Part shown: piece after piece, positions 48,822-59,627 of the stretch
Layout of the letters: the number at the start of each line of letters is the position of its first letter
Position numbering within the stretch: position 1 is the first letter of the stretch
Source: Planctomycetota bacterium
Lineage (GTDB): Bacteria > Planctomycetota > UBA1135 > UBA2386
Assembly: GCA_965228735.1 (NCBI GenBank)
Contig: OZ245838.1
Coordinates: 5,824,001-5,888,000 of the forward strand
Direction of reading: 5' to 3'
Length of the DNA stretch: 64,000 bases
Notes under the pieces: model-generated
Seen by the model: only the letters and a program-made list of their open reading frames with translations
Told to the model about the DNA's origin: nothing
The model's database searches: none
Position numbers and translations under genes: made by a program

Positions 48822-50453
48822 GTGTCCAACGCCAGCTTCGAAGTCCCCGTCCCGCAGAACGAACCGATCACGCCGTACGCGCCCGGCACGGCCCCGCGCG
48901 TCGCCCTCGAGGCGGAGCTCGAACGCATGGCCGGCGAGGTGACGGACATCCCGATGATCATCGGCGGCAAGGAGATCGCGACGGGCGACACGCACGACGT
49001 CGTGATGCCGCACGATCACGGCCACGTGCTCGGCAAGTGTCACCACGGCAGCTCGGATGCGGTCGATCAGGCGGCCAAGGCCTGCAAGGCGGCCGAACGC
49101 GAGTGGCAGAACACGCCGTGGGAGCACCGCGCGACCGTGTTCCTCAAGGCCGCCGACCTGCTCGCCGGCCCGTGGCGCGATCGCATCAACGCGTCGACGA
49201 TGCTGGGCCAGAGCAAGAACGCGTTCCAGTCGGAGATCGACGCGGCGTGCGAGCTCATCGACTTCTGGCGCTTCAACGTGCACTACATGCGCGAGATCTA
49301 CAGCGAGCAGCCGCAGAGCGCGCCGGGCATGTGGAACCGCCTCGAACAGCGCGGCCTCGAGGGCTTCGTGTTCGCGATCACGCCGTTCAACTTCAGCTCG
49401 ATCGCGGGCAACCTGCCGACCTCCGCCGCGCTGATGGGCACGACGTCGATCTGGAAGCCGTCGTCGACCGCGGCGCTGTCGGGCTACTGGCTCATGAAGC
49501 TGCTCGAAGAGGCCGGGCTGCCGCCGGGCGTCGTCAACTTCGTGCCGGGTCGCGGCCCGGACATCGGCACGCCGGCGCTCGCGCACCCCGATCTCGCGGG
49601 GGTGCACTTCACGGGTTCGACGGGCACGTTCCAGACGATCTGGGAGTCGGTCGGCAAGAACATCCGCAACTACAAGTGCTACCCGCGCATCGTGGGCGAG
49701 ACGGGCGGCAAGGACTTCGTGTTCGCCCATCCGTCGGCGCACGTGCCGGCGCTCGTGACCGCGCTCGTGCGCGGCGCGTTCGAGTACCAGGGCCAGAAGT
49801 GCTCGGCCGCGAGCCGCGCCTACATCCCGAAGTCGATCTGGGGTGACGTCAAGGATCGCCTCGTCGCCGAGGTCGCGCAGATCAAGATGGGCGACGTCCG
49901 CGACTTCTCCAACTTCATGAACGCGGTCATCGACGAGCGCGCGTTCGACAAGATCGGCAGCTACATCGACGAGGCCAAGAACGCGAGCGATGCCGAGGTC
50001 ATCGCGGGCGGCGAGTTCGACAAGAGCAGCGGCTACTTCATCCAGCCGACCGTCGTGGAGACGACCAATCCGAACTTCAAGACGATGGTCGAGGAGATCT
50101 TCGGCCCGGTGCTCACCATCTACGTCTACGACGACGACAAGCTCGACGAGACGTTGACGCTGTGCGACACCGCGTCGCCGTACGCGCTGACCGGCGCGAT
50201 CTTCTCGCAGGATCGCTACGCGGCCGTGAAGATGAGCAAGGCGCTCGAGCACACGGCCGGCAACTTCTACTTCAACGACAAGCCGACGGGCGCGGTCGTC
50301 GGCCAGCAGCCGTTCGGCGGCGGACGCGCGTCCGGCACCAACGACAAGGCCGGCAGCAAGCTCAACCTGCTGCGCTGGTGCTCGGCGCGCACGATCAAGG
50401 AGACGTTCGTGCCGCCGACCGACTGGCGCTACCCGTTCATGGGGAACGCGTAG
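48822..50453 (+). CDS. pruA: L-glutamate gamma-semialdehyde (P5C) dehydrogenase
   Basis: EIDAACELIDFWRFN, ITPFNF, FTGS, GETGGKDF, FEYQGQKCSA, EEIFGP and GGRASGTNDKAGS motifs; AGGAG RBS. Confidence 0.95.
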   Translation: MSNASFEVPVPQNEPITPYAPGTAPRVALEAELERMAGEVTDIPMIIGGKEIATGDTHDVVMPHDHGHVLGKCHHGSSDAVDQAAKACKAAEREWQNTPWEHRATVFLKAADLLAGPWRDRINASTMLGQSKNAFQSEIDAACELIDFWRFNVHYMREIYSEQPQSAPGMWNRLEQRGLEGFVFAITPFNFSSIAGNLPTSAALMGTTSIWKPSSTAALSGYWLMKLLEEAGLPPGVVNFVPGRGPDIGTPALAHPDLAGVHFTGSTGTFQTIWESVGKNIRNYKCYPRIVGETGGKDFVFAHPSAHVPALVTALVRGAFEYQGQKCSAASRAYIPKSIWGDVKDRLVAEVAQIKMGDVRDFSNFMNAVIDERAFDKIGSYIDEAKNASDAEVIAGGEFDKSSGYFIQPTVVETTNPNFKTMVEEIFGPVLTIYVYDDDKLDETLTLCDTASPYALTGAIFSQDRYAAVKMSKALEHTAGNFYFNDKPTGAVVGQQPFGGGRASGTNDKAGSKLNLLRWCSARTIKETFVPPTDWRYPFMGNA

Positions 50454-50455
50454 TC

Positions 50456-50941
50456 GTGTCGCGCGCACTGCTCCTCCTGGCGGTGCTGCCGGCGCTGCTG
50501 CTCGGGTGTGTCACCGCATGGCGCGTGAGTCTCGAGGTCAGTGACCCGTTGAACCCAGTCATGCGCTACCTCTCGGCCAACGTGCTGAGCATGGTCTGGA
50601 TGTTCGTGCTGCCCGCGTTGCTCTTGCGGAGCAAGCTGTCGCTCGGCAAGGCGCTGCTCGTCGCCTTCGTGTTCTTCCTGCTGGTTCGGCTGCCGATCGG
50701 CGCCGTCTACTACCTGGCCTGGGAAGGGCAGTGGACGGTCGAGGCAACCGGGGAGCCGACCCGCTACGTGACCGACATCCGCAACGACTCCAGCGGAGAG
50801 CCGTCGCCGAATCTCATCGTGATCCTGACGACGTTCTTCCCGATCGCGTTCGGCCTGGTGTTCACGTTCGTGCTCTGGAGCCTCTACTGGGCGGTTGCGT
50901 TCCGCGGGAAGCGACCTTTCATGCGCGGAGATGCCGCGTGA
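50456..50941 (+). CDS. Hypothetical membrane protein
   Basis: Four hydrophobic helices; GTG start 2 nt after the pruA stop. Confidence 0.65.
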   Translation: MSRALLLLAVLPALLLGCVTAWRVSLEVSDPLNPVMRYLSANVLSMVWMFVLPALLLRSKLSLGKALLVAFVFFLLVRLPIGAVYYLAWEGQWTVEATGEPTRYVTDIRNDSSGEPSPNLIVILTTFFPIAFGLVFTFVLWSLYWAVAFRGKRPFMRGDAA

Positions 50942-50985
50942 GACAATCGGACCGGGTTCGGTACGTTCACGTCGTGGCGAGGTGG

Positions 50986-52509
50986 ATGACTCGCCTCGGT
51001 GTTGCCGTCGCGGTCTCGGTGGTGGGGCTTGCGGCGCAAGACGGCGCGACCAAGCGCGCGCTGCGCGCCGCCGTCGCCGACCTCGACGTGCAGCCCGAGA
51101 CCGGCGTGGCCGCGGTGACCGCGGTCGAGGCCTATGCGAGCTTCGATACCCGGCGGGCGGCCGACACGTTGCTGGATCTCGCGAGTGATCTCGGCAAGCG
51201 GATCACGCCGATCGTGGAGGATCGCCGCAAGGCGCTGTTCGGTGACGGCGGCAGCGGCCGGATGAAGCGGTCGCGGTACGAACTGCAGAACCTGACCGAC
51301 ACCCTCGAGGCGATCGCGCGCGTGCTCGAGGGTTTCGATTCGACCGATGCGCTGCGGGAGATGCTCGAACGGGTGACCGATCGCGGGCACACGTTGCCGC
51401 TGTGGTTGCGGCTGCGGCTTGCCGCTGCGGTGGCCCGGCTGCCGGAGGGCGAGCTCGATTGGCGGCCTGACCCGCGGAAGCGGCGCAAGGACGACACGCT
51501 GATCGCGGTGCTCACCGCCGTCGCGGCATTGGGCCCGCGGATCGCCGAGGGTGGGGCCGCGGAATGGCTCGTGCAGCAGCTGAGCAACGACAACCCCGAC
51601 GTGCGCAGCGTCGCGGCGCGTGCGCTCGGTGGCCTCGCGTGGCCGGGCGCGGTCGAGCCGCTGATCGCACGGATCGACGTCGAAGACCCCGGTGTGCGTG
51701 AAGCCGTGCTCGATGCGCTCGTCGTGTTGACCGGCGAATGGCCGGGTGACAACGGCGGCTCGTGGCGCGCGTGGCTCGCCGCCGAGGGTGAGCACGTGCT
51801 GTCCGGCAGGCGCGAACTGGGCAAGGGCGACGCGCAGCTGCGGCGGCAGGGCGAGGGCCAGGGCGGCACGTCGGCCGGGTCGTACTTCGGCATCGCGCAG
51901 ACGGGCGCGTCGATCCTCTACGTGATCGACAACTCGCTGTCGATGAAGGCCAAGGTCGAGCAGGTCGGGACGGGCGAGGCCAAGACGCGGTGGGAGGTCT
52001 GCAAGCGCGAGCTTCGCGGTGCGCTGCAGCGGCTCGCGCCGAGCACCCGGTTCAACATCGTGTCGTTCGCGAACAAGGCACGCGCGTTCGAACAGCACAT
52101 GCTCACCGCGGAGCCGGACACGGTTGCGCGTGCCATCGAGTGGGTGGATGCGCTCGATCTCGAGTTCCAGACCAACGTGTTCGACGCGCTCGAGCTGGCC
52201 TTCGCGATTGCCGGCCGTGGTATCGACGACCGCTATTACCAGAGCGAGGTGGACACGATCTTCTTCCTGTCCGACGGCGCGCCGACGATCCCCAACCTCG
52301 ACAAGCGCGGCATCCGTCGCGACGACGCCGAACGCATCCTCCTTGCCGTGCGCCGTTGGAACGCGCTGCGGCGCGTGACGATTCACGCGGTCGGCATCGG
52401 GTTGCGGAATCGCAGGCAGGCCTACGACGACCAGGGGCGCATGCGGCCCACGGCGTTCCTGCAGCGCCTCGCCGCGCAGAACGGCGGCCGCTACCGGCTG
52501 CACCGATAG
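50986..52509 (+). CDS. Secreted HEAT-repeat plus vWA-domain protein
   Basis: HEAT (VRSVAARALG, VREAVLDALVVLTG); MIDAS DNSLS…TN…FFLSDG; LQRLAAQNGG; start 50986 or 50938. Confidence 0.85.
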   Translation: MTRLGVAVAVSVVGLAAQDGATKRALRAAVADLDVQPETGVAAVTAVEAYASFDTRRAADTLLDLASDLGKRITPIVEDRRKALFGDGGSGRMKRSRYELQNLTDTLEAIARVLEGFDSTDALREMLERVTDRGHTLPLWLRLRLAAAVARLPEGELDWRPDPRKRRKDDTLIAVLTAVAALGPRIAEGGAAEWLVQQLSNDNPDVRSVAARALGGLAWPGAVEPLIARIDVEDPGVREAVLDALVVLTGEWPGDNGGSWRAWLAAEGEHVLSGRRELGKGDAQLRRQGEGQGGTSAGSYFGIAQTGASILYVIDNSLSMKAKVEQVGTGEAKTRWEVCKRELRGALQRLAPSTRFNIVSFANKARAFEQHMLTAEPDTVARAIEWVDALDLEFQTNVFDALELAFAIAGRGIDDRYYQSEVDTIFFLSDGAPTIPNLDKRGIRRDDAERILLAVRRWNALRRVTIHAVGIGLRNRRQAYDDQGRMRPTAFLQRLAAQNGGRYRLHR

Positions 52510-52528
52510 CGCCGCCGGGTCGGCAGGT

Positions 52529-55378
52529 TCAGCGGCCGAACGTCGCGCGCGCCGTCTTGCCGCGCTGGATCTCGACGAACTGCGGTTGGGCGTCCTCGGA
52601 GGCGCCGAGGCCTTTGAGCTCGACGCGCCAGCGGCCGGGCAGCAGACCGTCGATCGTCGTTCGGCTGCGCCGCAGCATGGCGTCGCGGGCGCGCGGGTCC
52701 TTGCCGTCTGCGGGCGCGGGCCCGGCCCATGTCGCGCGGGCCGCGAGGGCGCCGCGCACGCCGACGGCGCTCACGCTCACGCGGCCGCCGCCGCGCAGGA
52801 CGATCTCGACGCCATCCCGCGTCGTGCCGGCGGGGATCGGCTCGATCGTCGTGTTGCCCGTCACGTGCAGCCTGGCCTCGGCCTGGATCGCGAGTGCCAT
52901 GCCAGGTCGCACGCCGCGCAGCTCGAAGTTGCCGTCGCCGTCGGTGCGGATCGGTTCGCTCCCGCCGCCGCCGAAGAGGCTCGTGAGCATGCCGCGCGCG
53001 TCACCCATCTGGGTTGCGACGTCCAGCGTTTCGGGGCTGGCCGGCAGGGCGGCGATCGATGCGCGCGCGATCGGCTCACCGCGATCGTCGACGACGCGGC
53101 CCTTCACGATCGTCAGCTGCAGCGGCACGTTCACCTGATTGTCGCCCTCGACGACGGTGACGGGCTGCGTCGCCGGCATCGCGAGGTCGTCGTGGCGCAC
53201 GACGAGCCGGTACTCGCCGATATCGATTGCCTGGATCTCGAACCAGCCGTCGACGTCGGACTCGTCCGTCTGGGATGTGCCACCGAGGAACTGGCCGACG
53301 GTCGCCTCGATCATCTGCGAGGCCATCTCGCGCGCCGCGCTCTCCTCGTCGTCGAGCCCGGCCGGCAGCAACTGGATCTGCGCGCGATCGAGCGGTCGGC
53401 CGTTCATCGTTACGGTGCCCGTGAGTCGGCCGCGCAGCGGTTCCGTGAGCACGAGCTCCGCGCTGCCGCCTTCCTGCACGAGGACGGTTTCGCCAGTGCC
53501 GGTCTCCATCAGGCCCTGGAGCTGGATCCGCAGGCCGCCCTCGTCACCCGCGTCGGTGCCGAGCAGCCGGAACTGATGCTCGCCGGGCGTCAGGCCGGTG
53601 AACGCGCGCTCTCCGGCGGCGTTCGTGCGCGCTGTGTCCTTGTCGCCCGCGACGGGACCCTGGCGCTCGACGACGGCGTTGGCGAGGGTGTTGCCGTGGC
53701 CGTCACGCGTGCGCACCGTCACAGCGCCGCCGCGTCGCAGTCGCACGGTGATCGGCTGCTCCCCGGCGGGTTGCAGGGAGAACGGCTCGGAGCTCGCGAG
53801 CGCATAGTCTTCGGCCCGGACGATCACGTGCGCCTGGCCCTCGAACACCGGCGTGATGCGGCAGTGACCGTTCTCGTCGGTGACGGTCTTCTTCTGCCCG
53901 CCGGGATCGTCGAGGTCGATGTTGGGGCCGGCCGGTGTTGCCACGTTGGTGCGGGCGGAGAACGACACCGAACCCGAGCGTTCGCTCGCCTCGCCGTCGT
54001 CGTCACCCGGTGGCTCGAAGCTCTCGAGTTCGACCTCGGCGCCGGCGATTGGCTGGCCCGTCGCGGCGTCGATGACTTCGGTCACGACGATCGGGGCCTC
54101 GGCGAGGCTCGCGGTCCCGAGGTCGATCACCCCCGTGCGGTTGCCGTCGATGTCGCGACGGATCCACCGCTTCTTGCCCTCCGCGCGGATCTCGAGTGCG
54201 AGTGTCGTCGACTCGGCGCTCGTGACCTCGAACTCGGACACCTCCACGATGCCGCCGGGGAACTCCTCCTGTGGGATCGGGCGCAGGGCCGGGACGGGCA
54301 CCGACAGGCCGAGCACCGAGAGCTCACGCACCGTGCCCGCACTCACCGTGAGGTGCTCGATCGGCGCGTTCGTGCGCGCGTCGATGACGCGGACCGTCAC
54401 GATCGTCGGTTCGCGCCACATGAGTTCCACGCCCTGCGTGCCGGCCGCGAACTCGGCGACGATCGTCGTCTTGCGCCACTGTCCGAGCTCGACGTCGTCA
54501 GGGATGTCGCCGCCCGATGCCCACGCGCCGGGGTCCGAGTCGCCCTGCATCTGCGCGGCCCAGACGCGGTAGCTGCTGGCCGGGTCGAGCCCGTGCAGCT
54601 CGAAGCGCGCCTCCTCGTCGAGCGCGGAGTTGCGCGCGCCGATCGGGATGCCGAGGGCGTCGACGAGACCGCCGAGGTCAATGACCGCGCCGGCCATCGC
54701 GTTGCCGATGCCGCCCTCGATGCGCTTGCAGAACACGCGCACGTTCGCGGCGTCCGGCGGCCCGCCGAGGACCCGGCCCGTGATCGACACCCCGTCGCGC
54801 AGCGTGATGACGATGCCGCCTTTGTCCGCGGTCGCGTTGCCGTTCGTGCCGCCGCGCGGGTGGCGGGCGTGCGTCGCGATCAGCCGATAGTCGCCGCCCT
54901 CGCGGCGCTGCATCCGGATCGCGAACGTGCCGTCGTCGGCGGTCCGCACGCCGTTGCCGGCTCCTGCCATCATGTCGTCGAGCCCCCCGATCCGGAACGG
55001 CAGCTGCTCGGCGCGTTCGTCGGCGAGCACCACGCGCGCCTTCGCGAGGCCTTCGCCGCGGGCGTCGACGACGCGGCCGCGCAGCCATGGGCCGGCCGGT
55101 TCGGGTTCGTCGTCGGCGGCTCCCGGGTCCTCGGCCGCGCCGTCGGAGGCCGTGCCGCTCGGACTCGGCGCCGCTTGCCGTTCGACGGCGGCGGCGGGGG
55201 CCGCGTTCCCCTGGCTCGACTGCGCTGCATCGCCGGCCGCTGCACCGGCTGTCGTCGACTGCCCTGCCGGCGCGTCGGGTCGGATCCCGACGTCGTCCGA
55301 CCCGAGCCAAAGCCATGCCAGCAGACCGGCGGCGAGCACGATGAGCAGGACGGCGAGCAGGGCGATGGGGGGCTTCAT
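52529..55378 (-). CDS. Membrane-anchored protein with repeated carboxypeptidase-regulatory-like domains
   Basis: N-terminal TM; Ala/Pro linker; repeated GRVVD..GEP.A…TD.DG.F units. Confidence 0.8.
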   Translation of the reverse strand: MKPPIALLAVLLIVLAAGLLAWLWLGSDDVGIRPDAPAGQSTTAGAAAGDAAQSSQGNAAPAAAVERQAAPSPSGTASDGAAEDPGAADDEPEPAGPWLRGRVVDARGEGLAKARVVLADERAEQLPFRIGGLDDMMAGAGNGVRTADDGTFAIRMQRREGGDYRLIATHARHPRGGTNGNATADKGGIVITLRDGVSITGRVLGGPPDAANVRVFCKRIEGGIGNAMAGAVIDLGGLVDALGIPIGARNSALDEEARFELHGLDPASSYRVWAAQMQGDSDPGAWASGGDIPDDVELGQWRKTTIVAEFAAGTQGVELMWREPTIVTVRVIDARTNAPIEHLTVSAGTVRELSVLGLSVPVPALRPIPQEEFPGGIVEVSEFEVTSAESTTLALEIRAEGKKRWIRRDIDGNRTGVIDLGTASLAEAPIVVTEVIDAATGQPIAGAEVELESFEPPGDDDGEASERSGSVSFSARTNVATPAGPNIDLDDPGGQKKTVTDENGHCRITPVFEGQAHVIVRAEDYALASSEPFSLQPAGEQPITVRLRRGGAVTVRTRDGHGNTLANAVVERQGPVAGDKDTARTNAAGERAFTGLTPGEHQFRLLGTDAGDEGGLRIQLQGLMETGTGETVLVQEGGSAELVLTEPLRGRLTGTVTMNGRPLDRAQIQLLPAGLDDEESAAREMASQMIEATVGQFLGGTSQTDESDVDGWFEIQAIDIGEYRLVVRHDDLAMPATQPVTVVEGDNQVNVPLQLTIVKGRVVDDRGEPIARASIAALPASPETLDVATQMGDARGMLTSLFGGGGSEPIRTDGDGNFELRGVRPGMALAIQAEARLHVTGNTTIEPIPAGTTRDGVEIVLRGGGRVSVSAVGVRGALAARATWAGPAPADGKDPRARDAMLRRSRTTIDGLLPGRWRVELKGLGASEDAQPQFVEIQRGKTARATFGR

Positions 55379-55453
55379 CGTCACGCTGTGGCCCGGTCCC
55401 GAGGGTGGCCTGTCGCTGCCAGGCGACTTTTCCGGCAGCGAACGGGTCGTGCG

Positions 55454-56203
55454 TTACGTCGCCGCAGTCAGCTCGAGCCGGGCGACGAGCGGCAGATGAT
55501 CCGACGCCGCGCGGGCGCGCTTGTCACGGGGGCGTTCGAGGGCCAGCAGCTCGAGGTCGCCGCGGAGCCAGAGCGAGTCGAGCGCCCGCACCGGGGCCCA
55601 CGCCGGGAACGTGCGCGGCGCGCGGGCGGGGCCGGTGAACCCGGCCGGCGCGAGCAGGCGGCGGCCGAGCGAGCCGTACACGTCGTTGAAGTCGCCCGCG
55701 ACGATCGTCGGCGTGGACCTGCGGATCGCGCGCATGGGTTCGGAGGCCAGCAACAGCTCGAGTTGCTTCCGGCGTTCGCGTTCGGCGAGGCCGAGATGCA
55801 GGTTGAACGCGTGCAGCGTGCGGTGGTGGCCGTCACCGGCGTCGACGCGCAGCTCGGCATGCAGCACCGAACGGGCCTTCTTGCGCGGCAACGTGACGTC
55901 GATGTTCTCGGTATTCGTGATTCGCGCGCTGCTCAGGATCGCGTTGCCGTACTCACCGCGGCGTTTGCCGAAGCGCACGTTCACGAAGTAGCTCTTGTGC
56001 GGCAGCCCGAGCGCTTCCTGCAGCACGTCGACCTGGGCTTCACCGCGGTAGTGCGTGCCGTTCTGCGCGACCTCCTGCAGCAGGACGACGTCGGGTTCGG
56101 CTGCCGCGATCACTGCGGCGATGCGCGCCGGGTCGTAGCGCCGATCCAGGCCGCCGATGCACTTGTGAACGTTCCAGGTGACGACGGTCAGCCGTGACAA
56201 CAC
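55454..56203 (-). CDS. Endonuclease/exonuclease/phosphatase (EEP) family protein
   Basis: VTWNVHK, DVVLLQEV, YGNAILS, AGDFND, LD and ASDHLPL motifs. Confidence 0.9.
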   Translation of the reverse strand: MLSRLTVVTWNVHKCIGGLDRRYDPARIAAVIAAAEPDVVLLQEVAQNGTHYRGEAQVDVLQEALGLPHKSYFVNVRFGKRRGEYGNAILSSARITNTENIDVTLPRKKARSVLHAELRVDAGDGHHRTLHAFNLHLGLAERERRKQLELLLASEPMRAIRRSTPTIVAGDFNDVYGSLGRRLLAPAGFTGPARAPRTFPAWAPVRALDSLWLRGDLELLALERPRDKRARAASDHLPLVARLELTAAT

Positions 56204-56847
56204 GAGTCTCCCATTGAGCTGGCGACGCCGCGCCACACCAGCGCGACCACGGCCAACAGCATGGCGACTCGTTGTACGATTCTCACGGTCCGAGGACCGA
56301 AGCGCTGCGCGATTCGGCCGGCCTGACTCTGGGCGAGCAGCAGCAGCGGCAGCGAACCGACGGCGAACCCGCCCATGACCGAGGCGCCCGCGACGGGAGA
56401 TCCGGCCAGGCTCGCGCCCGCGAACGCGGACCACAGGAGCCCGCACGGCAGCAGCGGCGTGATCGCGCCGAGCAGCAGCGCGCGCAGGCCGGGGGAGAAG
56501 CGGCGCGCCTGGGCGTTCAACGCCGGCACGACTCGCCGCAGCCCCGGGACGTTGAGCGCGCCGCGTTCGCCGAAGCACAGCAGCACGAGGATGCCGGCGG
56601 CGAGCACGAACGCGACGATGCTCGCGGGTCGTGCGAGCGTGTCGGCGCCGAGCGCTGCGCCGAGTCCGCCGAGCGCGAAGCCGACGAGCGCGTACGCGGC
56701 GGTCCGGCCTACGTGATACGACGCCATGCCCACGGCCGATCCGCCGGTCGCAGAGCCGTGGATCAACAGCGCGAGCGGCCCGCACATGCACGCGCAGTGC
56801 AGCGAGTTCGCGAAGCCGAACACGAAGCTGTCGAGCAGGCTGTCCAT
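56188..56847 (-). CDS. DsbD_2/TauE-SafE-like membrane protein, probable cbb3 oxidase biogenesis factor
   Basis: SLHCACMCGPL, YHVGR…Y and LLPCGL motifs; divergent from ccoI. Confidence 0.85.
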   Translation of the reverse strand: MDSLLDSFVFGFANSLHCACMCGPLALLIHGSATGGSAVGMASYHVGRTAAYALVGFALGGLGAALGADTLARPASIVAFVLAAGILVLLCFGERGALNVPGLRRVVPALNAQARRFSPGLRALLLGAITPLLPCGLLWSAFAGASLAGSPVAGASVMGGFAVGSLPLLLLAQSQAGRIAQRFGPRTVRIVQRVAMLLAVVALVWRGVASSMGDSCCHG

Positions 56848-57027
56848 CGTCGAGACCTGGACCGCAACCGCCGCTGCCGTGCGTGAGTTTCGCGATTGTC
56901 GATTCGTGGCGCGCGACGTTCGCACTATGGCCACCTTCGCCGTTGCGCTCGGCGTAGGGCGTCGCATTCTCGTCGAAGAATCGCAGGCGCGACGAAACTC
57001 CGCGGGCGCAGTTGCCATTGCGGGAGC

Positions 57028-59427
57028 ATGAAGCGCGATCCGCTGGTCTCTCATCGAGAGCAGCAGTCGCCCCTCCGCGACGCGGAGCGAGCGACCTCGC
57101 GGGGGAAAGGCTCGGCCCGATGTACGCACTGTGGCCTACCCGTGCCTGCCGAACGGCGTAGTTCGACGTTCTGCTGCGCGGGCTGCGAGACCGTCCATGC
57201 GCTGCTCGTCGGCGAGGGCCTCGAGCGCTTCTACGAGCTCGGGGGCAGTGCGAGCGGCGCCGTGGGCGACGTGCCGCGCGTGCCGGCGTTCGACTGGCTC
57301 CCGAGTGCGGAGCTGGCGGCCGCCGGTGACGCCGAGCCGGCCGAACTGCGCCTCGTGCTCGACATCCAGGGCATCCGCTGCGCCGCGTGCGTCTGGCTCC
57401 TGCGGGCGCTGTGGGATCGGTTGCCCGGCGCGCGGGACCTGCGGATCGATGCGTCGCTCGGGCGGGCGACCCTGACCTACGAACGCGCCGCCGGTACCGC
57501 GGCGGCGTTCCTGCCGGTCGCCGCGCGCTTCGGCTACCTGCTGGCGCCGGCGAGTCGACGGGCCGAACGCAGCGGTGGCCTGATGCTGCGCCTCGGCATC
57601 ACGGCGGCGATCGCGATGAACGCGATGATCCTCGCCGTCAGCCTCTACTTCGGTCTCGATACCGCGACCACGGCGTCCGAGGTCACGCTGCGCACGATCT
57701 TCGAGAACGTGCTGTTCGCACTCGCGACGGTCAGCGTGATCGTCGGTGGCCCGGTGTTCTTCCGCGCGGCGTGGGCCGGCGTGCGGGTCGGGGTCGTGCA
57801 CATGGACCTGCCGATCTCACTCGGGATCGCGCTCGCGTACTCGGGTTCGGTGTTCGCGCACCTGGCCGGCGGCGAGGCCTACTTCGACGCGGTCGCGATC
57901 TTCATCGCGCTGATGCTCGGTGGCCGGTTCCTGCAGGAGCGGACCCTGGCCAGGAGCCGGGACCAGGTGCTCGCGGACGATGGGGCGGATCACCTGCGCA
58001 GTCGCGTCGTGCGCCCCGGCGGCGAGCTCGATCTCGTGCCGGTCAAGGAGGTGAACCGCGGCGACGAGCTGGTCTTCGCCCCCGGCGATCTCGTGCCCGT
58101 GCGGGCGCGGCTGATCGCCGGCTCGCCCGCGGCGTTCTCGCTCGACTGGATCAACGGCGAGAGCGAGCCGCGCGCCTACGAGGACGGGGACGAGGTGCCG
58201 GCCGGGGCGTTCCAGGCCGGGCGCACCGCCGTGCGCGCGATCGCCATGGCGGACTACGTCGACTCCGGGCTCGCCGACCTGCTGAGCCATGGTCCCGTCG
58301 ATCGCGAGGACACGCGCGGCAAGGTCCGGTTCTGGGAACGGCTCAACCGGTTCTACGCCGTGGGCGTGCTCGCGGTCGCTGGCCTGGCCGCGATCCTCTG
58401 GGCGTTCGTCGACCCCGCGCGCATCCTGCCCGTCGTCGTCTCCGTGCTCGTGGTGACGTGCCCGTGCGCGCTCGGGATCGCGACGCCGCTGGCGTTCCAC
58501 CTGACGGTCGCGGGTCTGCGCCGGGCCGGAGTCTTCGTGCGCACGCGCAGCCTGCTCGACAAGGTCCGGGCCGTGCGCCACGTCGTGTTCGACAAGACCG
58601 GCACGCTGACGCACGGTGGGCTGCGGGCGACGGTGGTCATGCTGCCGGCCGGGCGCGACCTCGAGGTGCTCGCCACGATGACGGCCTCGAGCAATCACCC
58701 CGTCAGCGCGGCCGTGCTCGCGGCCCTCCCGGAGCGGCCGTTTCGCTCCGACCTGACGGTGCGTGAGCGCATCGGTCAGCACCTGGAGTGCGAGGTCGAT
58801 GGGCGCGCGTATCGACTGGCCGGCGGGGAGTTCACCCTCGACGGGGTCCTCGTCGGGCGCTTCGAACTCGCCGAGGACTATCGCACCGGTGCGGCCGAGG
58901 AGATCGCGTGGCTGCAGGCGCAGGGCTTCGCGGTTCACCTGCTGTCGGGCGACCGGATCGACCGCACGCAGGCGGCCGCCGCGCAGCTCGGCATTCCGGT
59001 GGCACAGGCGCGGGGCGGCATGAGCCCGGGAGCCAAGGCCGCGGCGATTCGCGCGCTCGACGACGGCGACACGCTGATGCTCGGCGATGGCCTCAACGAT
59101 TCTCCCGCGTTCGACGCGGCGTTCTGCGCGGGCACACCGGCGATGGATCGTCCGGTGCTGCCGGCGCGCGCGGACTTCTGCTTCCGGGGTGAGCGCAGCG
59201 GCTCCGTCCGCGCCGTCGTGTCGGCGGCGGCTCGCCATGCGCACGTCGTCCGCACCAACCTGACCATGGCGGTCGTCTACAACGCGAGTGCCGTGACCCT
59301 GTGCTTCCTCGGCCTCATGAGCCCCGCACTCTGTGCCGTGCTCATGCCGGCCAGTTCGGTCGCCCTCGTGCTGCACACCAGCCTGCGGGCCGGGTCGGCC
59401 AGGTCGGACGCCGGGAGCGCCAGATGA
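57028..59427 (+). CDS. ccoI: Cu-translocating P1B-type ATPase (CcoI/FixI)
   Basis: CTHCG…FCCAGC N-terminal domain; CAAC HMA; CPC, DKTGT, GDGLND, YN and MPASS motifs; upstream of ccoS/ccoN. Confidence 0.88.
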   Translation: MKRDPLVSHREQQSPLRDAERATSRGKGSARCTHCGLPVPAERRSSTFCCAGCETVHALLVGEGLERFYELGGSASGAVGDVPRVPAFDWLPSAELAAAGDAEPAELRLVLDIQGIRCAACVWLLRALWDRLPGARDLRIDASLGRATLTYERAAGTAAAFLPVAARFGYLLAPASRRAERSGGLMLRLGITAAIAMNAMILAVSLYFGLDTATTASEVTLRTIFENVLFALATVSVIVGGPVFFRAAWAGVRVGVVHMDLPISLGIALAYSGSVFAHLAGGEAYFDAVAIFIALMLGGRFLQERTLARSRDQVLADDGADHLRSRVVRPGGELDLVPVKEVNRGDELVFAPGDLVPVRARLIAGSPAAFSLDWINGESEPRAYEDGDEVPAGAFQAGRTAVRAIAMADYVDSGLADLLSHGPVDREDTRGKVRFWERLNRFYAVGVLAVAGLAAILWAFVDPARILPVVVSVLVVTCPCALGIATPLAFHLTVAGLRRAGVFVRTRSLLDKVRAVRHVVFDKTGTLTHGGLRATVVMLPAGRDLEVLATMTASSNHPVSAAVLAALPERPFRSDLTVRERIGQHLECEVDGRAYRLAGGEFTLDGVLVGRFELAEDYRTGAAEEIAWLQAQGFAVHLLSGDRIDRTQAAAAQLGIPVAQARGGMSPGAKAAAIRALDDGDTLMLGDGLNDSPAFDAAFCAGTPAMDRPVLPARADFCFRGERSGSVRAVVSAAARHAHVVRTNLTMAVVYNASAVTLCFLGLMSPALCAVLMPASSVALVLHTSLRAGSARSDAGSAR

Positions 59428-59627
59428 CCGTCGTGATGCTGCTGTTGCTCTGCAGCCTGGTCCTCGTCGGTGGCGCGATCGTGCTGTTCGTCTTCTCGGC
59501 GAAGCAGGGCGACTGCCACGAAGCCGAACGCATCTGTCTGCTGCCGCTCGATGACGACGAGCGCCCGGCCGGCGACCCCTCCTCTTCAAACTCCACCCAC
59601 CTCTCTCCCGAGGATTCCCATGACTGA
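59424..59627 (+). CDS. ccoS: cbb3-type oxidase maturation protein CcoS
   Basis: Short TM protein ending ...KQG.......LLPLDDD, located between ccoI and ccoN. Confidence 0.8.
   Translation: MTVVMLLLLCSLVLVGGAIVLFVFSAKQGDCHEAERICLLPLDDDERPAGDPSSSNSTHLSPEDSHD

Noticed and set aside
56848..57027. FNR box or sigma54 promoter for the cco cluster
   Set aside because: No TTGAT-N4-ATCAA and no correctly spaced GG-N10-GC with consensus context found by eye
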